The notes under the pieces: model-generated
What the model was told of the DNA's origin: nothing
The model's database searches: none
Seen by the model: only the letters and a program-made list of their open reading frames with translations
Made by a program: the position numbers and the translations under genes
Shown here: positions 60,605-64,000 of the stretch, piece by piece
Position numbering within the stretch: the first letter of the stretch is position 1
Layout of the letters: each line of letters opens with the position of its first letter
Source of the DNA: Chloroflexota bacterium
Lineage (GTDB): Bacteria; Chloroflexota; Limnocylindria; Limnocylindrales; CSP1-4
Reading direction: 5' to 3'
Length of the DNA: 64,000 nucleotides
Assembly: GCA_016191395.1 (NCBI GenBank)
Contig: JACPOS010000009.1
Coordinates: 102,642 to 166,641, forward strand

Positions 60605-61441
60605 GTGCCCGCGGAGCGGATCGCCGAGAGCCTCGCCTTCATCAACTGGACCGTCCTGACCGCCCTGGGCGTCGGGTCGTTCGCGGCCGTCGTGGCCGGC
60701 CGGTTCCGCACCGGCGCGACCCGTGGCTACCTGGGCTTCACGGCCTTCAGCGCCGCGGCGTTCGCGCTCCTCGCCTACCTCACGGACGGTGGCCTGCCCA
60801 CCCTCTCCCCGGATCTCGCCGTCCGACTGGATCCGGCGTGGGAGACGCCCCGCAGGCTCGCGCTCGCGGCGCTGCCCGTGCTCGCCGCCGTCTACGGCGT
60901 GGCGCTCTGGCGCGGCTCGCGCGCCGTGCCCGTTGCCATCGCCGGGCTGGCCGCCGCCGCGCTCGTCCTCGTGGCCGGCGCGCTGTCATGGGGCGGCGGC
61001 GGCGTGGCGAGCCTGCTCCTGCTCGTGGAGCTTGCCGGCCTGTCCGTCGCGCTCGGCGGCGTGTGGGCGGCAATGATCCTTGGCCACTGGTACCTCGTGA
61101 CCCCGAAGCTCCCTGAGGCGCCGTTGATCCGCTTCTCGCGCTGGCTCGGCGCCGCGCTCGCGCTCCAGCTGGGGCTGTTCGTCCTGTGGCTCGCGGTGGG
61201 CGCGGGACCAGAGGGGGCGCCCGCGTTCGGTTCGCTGGTTGGGCCGTGGGCGCTGTTCGTCTGGCTGCGCCTCCTCGTGGGGCTCGTGTTCCCGCTCGTC
61301 GTCAGCTGGGCGGCCGTGCAGACCGCGCGCTCGCGCTCGATGGAATCGGCGACCGGGCTGCTGTACATCAACGTCGGCACGATCGCGGCCGGCACCATCC
61401 TCGCCGCCGGGTTGTACTTCGGCGCGGGGCTCCTCGTCTGA
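60605..61441 (+). CDS. Membrane protein with GHWYL motif (redox-anchor-like), hypothetical
   Basis: About 8 TM segments; AMILGHWYLV..P and SATGLLY motifs. Confidence 0.75.
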   Translation: MPAERIAESLAFINWTVLTALGVGSFAAVVAGRFRTGATRGYLGFTAFSAAAFALLAYLTDGGLPTLSPDLAVRLDPAWETPRRLALAALPVLAAVYGVALWRGSRAVPVAIAGLAAAALVLVAGALSWGGGGVASLLLLVELAGLSVALGGVWAAMILGHWYLVTPKLPEAPLIRFSRWLGAALALQLGLFVLWLAVGAGPEGAPAFGSLVGPWALFVWLRLLVGLVFPLVVSWAAVQTARSRSMESATGLLYINVGTIAAGTILAAGLYFGAGLLV

Positions 61442-61471
61442 GCGCCGACCGGCGCTGAAGGAGGCATCGCC

Positions 61472-62137
61472 ATGGTCCGCTCCGACCGCACCTGGTCGCC
61501 GACGTCCATCGATCTCGACTGGATCGAGGCGACGGGGCGCCCGCTGCATCCGGTCCTCATCGAGATGGAATCCGTGGCGGATCCGGAGGGCATCCCGATC
61601 CTGAGCCGCGACAGTGGCCGGATGCTCGCCGTGCTCGCCGCGAACCGGCGGCGGGTGCTCGAGGTGGGAACCGCGATCGGCTACTCGACGCTGTGGATGG
61701 CGCTCGCCCTGCCGCCGGACGGCACCGTCGTGACGATCGACCCGGATCGGGCACGCACCGATCGGGCGCGAGCGTTCTGGCGCCGTGCGGGCCTGCCCGA
61801 TACACGGATCTCCGTCGTCAACGAGCCGGCGCTCGACGCCTTCGAGGGCGCTGCGCCGGAGCTGCGCGGTCCGTTCGACATGGTCTTCATCGATGCCCTG
61901 AAGGACGAGTACCTCGCGTACCTCGCCGCGCTCATGGATCGCCTTGTGCCGGGAGCGGTCGTGGTGGCCGACAACGTCCTGTGGAGCGGTCGGACGTCCG
62001 GCGCGCGGCCGTCCCGGCCCGGGGATGGCAGCGATGCCCTTCGCGAGTTCTGCGCGCGCGTCTCCGCCGATCCGGCGTTCGAGACGGCCATCCTTCCGAT
62101 CGGCGACGGGCTGCTCGTGGCCACGCTCCGGCCGTGA
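61472..62137 (+). CDS. O-methyltransferase (CCoAOMT/YrrM-like)
   Basis: VLEVGTAIGYSTLW, FDMVFIDA, ADNVLW, GDGLLV; AAGGAGG RBS. Confidence 0.92.
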   Translation: MVRSDRTWSPTSIDLDWIEATGRPLHPVLIEMESVADPEGIPILSRDSGRMLAVLAANRRRVLEVGTAIGYSTLWMALALPPDGTVVTIDPDRARTDRARAFWRRAGLPDTRISVVNEPALDAFEGAAPELRGPFDMVFIDALKDEYLAYLAALMDRLVPGAVVVADNVLWSGRTSGARPSRPGDGSDALREFCARVSADPAFETAILPIGDGLLVATLRP

Positions 62138-62895
62138 CCGAGCCCGCGTTGCGCATCCGCGTCCGGCTGTTCGCGATGCAGCGCGAGCTGGCAGGGACGC
62201 GCCAGGTGGAGCTGGACCTGCGTGACGGCGCCACGATCGAGGACGCATGGCTCGCGCTCGTGGAGCGCGTGCCCGGGCTCGCACCGGGGCGCGCCTCGGT
62301 CCGCTTCGCGCACAACGGCGGCTACGCGCCCGCCGACACCCGGCTCGCCGACGGCGACGAGGTCGCGATGATCCCGCCGGTGAGCGGCGGCGCGGGCGCC
62401 GCGCTGCGCATCCTGGAGCTCAGGGAGACACCGATCGCTGCCGAGGTGCTGTCCGAGCTGAGCGCGCGGCTCGCGAGCCCGGACGACGGGGCGGTCGTCG
62501 GGTTCCTCGGCGTGACGCGCAGGTCACCGGGCACGCCGGCACCGGGGCAGGAGGCGGAGGCCGCGCGCCACGCGGGTCGGAGCGTCGAGTCGCTGGAGTA
62601 CGAGGCGCTCCCGGAGATGGCGCTGCGGGTCATGGCGGAGATCGCCGACGAGATCGAGGCGCGCTTCGGGGTCACGCGGCTCGCGATCGTGCACCGAACG
62701 GGCGACGTGCCGCTCGGCGAGGCGTCGGTCGCGATCGTGGCGTGCGCGCCACATCGCGAAGCGGCGTTCGACGCGGCACGCTATGCCATCGACGAGACCA
62801 AGGGCCGCGCCCCGATCTGGAAGGCCGAGCGCTTCACGGACGGCAAGGTCTGGATCGGGGAGCCGGCACGGGAATCTCCGAGGGCCGAGGTCTAG
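62134..62895 (+). CDS. moaE: Fused molybdopterin synthase MoaD-MoaE
   Basis: Ubiquitin-like part ending DEVAMIPPVSGG, then GAVVGFLG..LEYEA..HRTG..HREAAF..PIWKAE. Confidence 0.9.
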   Translation: MTEPALRIRVRLFAMQRELAGTRQVELDLRDGATIEDAWLALVERVPGLAPGRASVRFAHNGGYAPADTRLADGDEVAMIPPVSGGAGAALRILELRETPIAAEVLSELSARLASPDDGAVVGFLGVTRRSPGTPAPGQEAEAARHAGRSVESLEYEALPEMALRVMAEIADEIEARFGVTRLAIVHRTGDVPLGEASVAIVACAPHREAAFDAARYAIDETKGRAPIWKAERFTDGKVWIGEPARESPRAEV

Positions 62896-62971
62896 CTCCT
62901 GCGGGCCCTCGGCCCGAGGATTCGGCGAGCCCGCGCGGGACGGACCCCGGAACCATAGGGCCCGCGGCTGT

Positions 62972-63724
62972 TCAGCCGATGGTTGCCGGTGCCACCCGCG
63001 CAGGGACGTCGGCGGCCGGCTCGCGGCGCGGCGCGGCCTCGACGTCGAGGAGGTAGCCGATCCCCTGGAACGTCCGGATGCGGCCGGGCTCGCCCGGCGC
63101 CGCGCCGAGCTTGCGGCGTACTCGACTCACCCAGACGCGCAGGTACTGGAGATCGTCGCGGTACTCCGGGCCCCAGACCTTGGTCAGGAGCTCCGTGTGC
63201 AGGACGACCTTGCCGGCGTTCGCGGCGAGATGCTGGAGAAGCAGCCACTCCGTGCGCGACAGCTGCACGAGCTCGGCGTTGCGCGTGACCATGCGGCGCT
63301 CGAGGTCGATCTCGACGTCGTCGAACTTGATCACGCCGGCGCCCGGCTCCGCGCCGCCCGAGCGGCGGATGACGGCCCGCACGCGAGCCGCGAGCTCGTC
63401 CGGGTGGAACGGCTTGGCGATGTAGTCATCCGCGCCCAGGTCCAGGCCCTTGGACTTGTCCGCCGTGCTGCCCTTCGCGGTCAGCAGGATGACCGGCACC
63501 GGCCGCCGCTCGCGCAGCTGGCGCATCACCTCGATGCCGTCGAGATCCGGCATGACGATGTCCAGGAGGACGATGTCCGGCCGAACCTCCTCGGCCTTCT
63601 GGAGCGCCTCTTCGCCGCCATTCGCGGTGACGACGCGGAAGCCCTCCTCGGACAGCGCGATCTGCACCAGCTTGGTGATGCGCGGCTCGTCGTCGGCGAC
63701 GAGGACCAATGGCTGGGTCGACAC
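62972..63724 (-). CDS. OmpR/PhoB-family response regulator (KdpE-like)
   Basis: VADDE, LLDIVMPDLDG, GADDYIAKPF, VWGPEY...YLRVWVSRVRRKL...GIGY; AAGGAGG RBS. Confidence 0.93.
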   Translation of the reverse strand: MSTQPLVLVADDEPRITKLVQIALSEEGFRVVTANGGEEALQKAEEVRPDIVLLDIVMPDLDGIEVMRQLRERRPVPVILLTAKGSTADKSKGLDLGADDYIAKPFHPDELAARVRAVIRRSGGAEPGAGVIKFDDVEIDLERRMVTRNAELVQLSRTEWLLLQHLAANAGKVVLHTELLTKVWGPEYRDDLQYLRVWVSRVRRKLGAAPGEPGRIRTFQGIGYLLDVEAAPRREPAADVPARVAPATIG

Positions 63725-63819
63725 GGGAGCCTCCTTGGCTGGTTCCGGCTTGCACATCAGTGCTTAGGTGTGAGGGCCTGATTCTCGCGAGTGACCCGTG
63801 GCGCCCGGCCCGGCGAGAC

Positions 63820-63846
63820 ATTGCAGAACCGTTACGTGCGCATTAC
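63820..63846. promoter_or_regulatory. Three pentamers phased at 11 bp, putative OmpR-family binding site
   Basis: ATTGC 63820, GTTAC 63831, ATTAC 63842, upstream of the response regulator. Confidence 0.45.
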
Positions 63847-64000
63847 AGCGTACGACCGTCACGCGCCTGCGAGGTCCGGCGACCACCCCGAAACCGGGGC
63901 GAGGACCTGTTCGGCCTACGCTGGCGCCACATGACCGCCCGAACCCTTCGAATCGCGCAGGTGGCGCCTCCGCTGGAGCGTGTCCCACCGCTGGCCTATG

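Noticed and set aside
1-64000. tRNA, rRNA, IS transposase or prophage genes
   Set aside because: None recognised by reading; a tRNAscan/Infernal run would be needed to exclude small RNAs fully

Overview
A very GC-rich (roughly 70% by eye) bacterial chromosome segment. Gene style suggests Chloroflexota (Limnocylindria/Ellin6529-like) or an actinobacterium; this is an inference only. It holds about 58 CDS, mostly housekeeping: the 3' end of a 2-oxoacid:ferredoxin oxidoreductase beta subunit, fabD with two fabF paralogs, ilvD, leuC-leuD, an attenuator-controlled ilvB-ilvN-ilvC-leuA-leuB-cimA operon, pheA, a moaD-moaE fusion and several peptidases. There are also cyclic-nucleotide signalling genes (a double-cyclase STAND/TPR protein, two MFS-cNMP fusions, a GGDEF-EAL protein) and an 8-kb accessory block (AAA-LuxR regulator, PEP-synthase-like phosphotransferase, O-methyltransferase). 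I found no rRNA, tRNA, CRISPR array or recognisable transposase. The most unusual signal is a set of five 0.2-1.1 kb inserts at gene junctions built from short spaced palindromes. GGAC-N5-GTCC x4 (spacing 41/62-63/41 bp) lies upstream of an XRE-HTH + PD-(D/E)XK-like gene and again, without a gene, inside the leu operon. An inverted pair of YGATGA-N7-TGCATCA boxes lies at a second XRE gene and again, without a gene, between perfect 13-bp direct repeats. ATCCC-N5-GGGAT x4 (42/74/42 bp) forms a third, gene-less type. Together they look like an undescribed family of autonomous and non-autonomous mobile elements.
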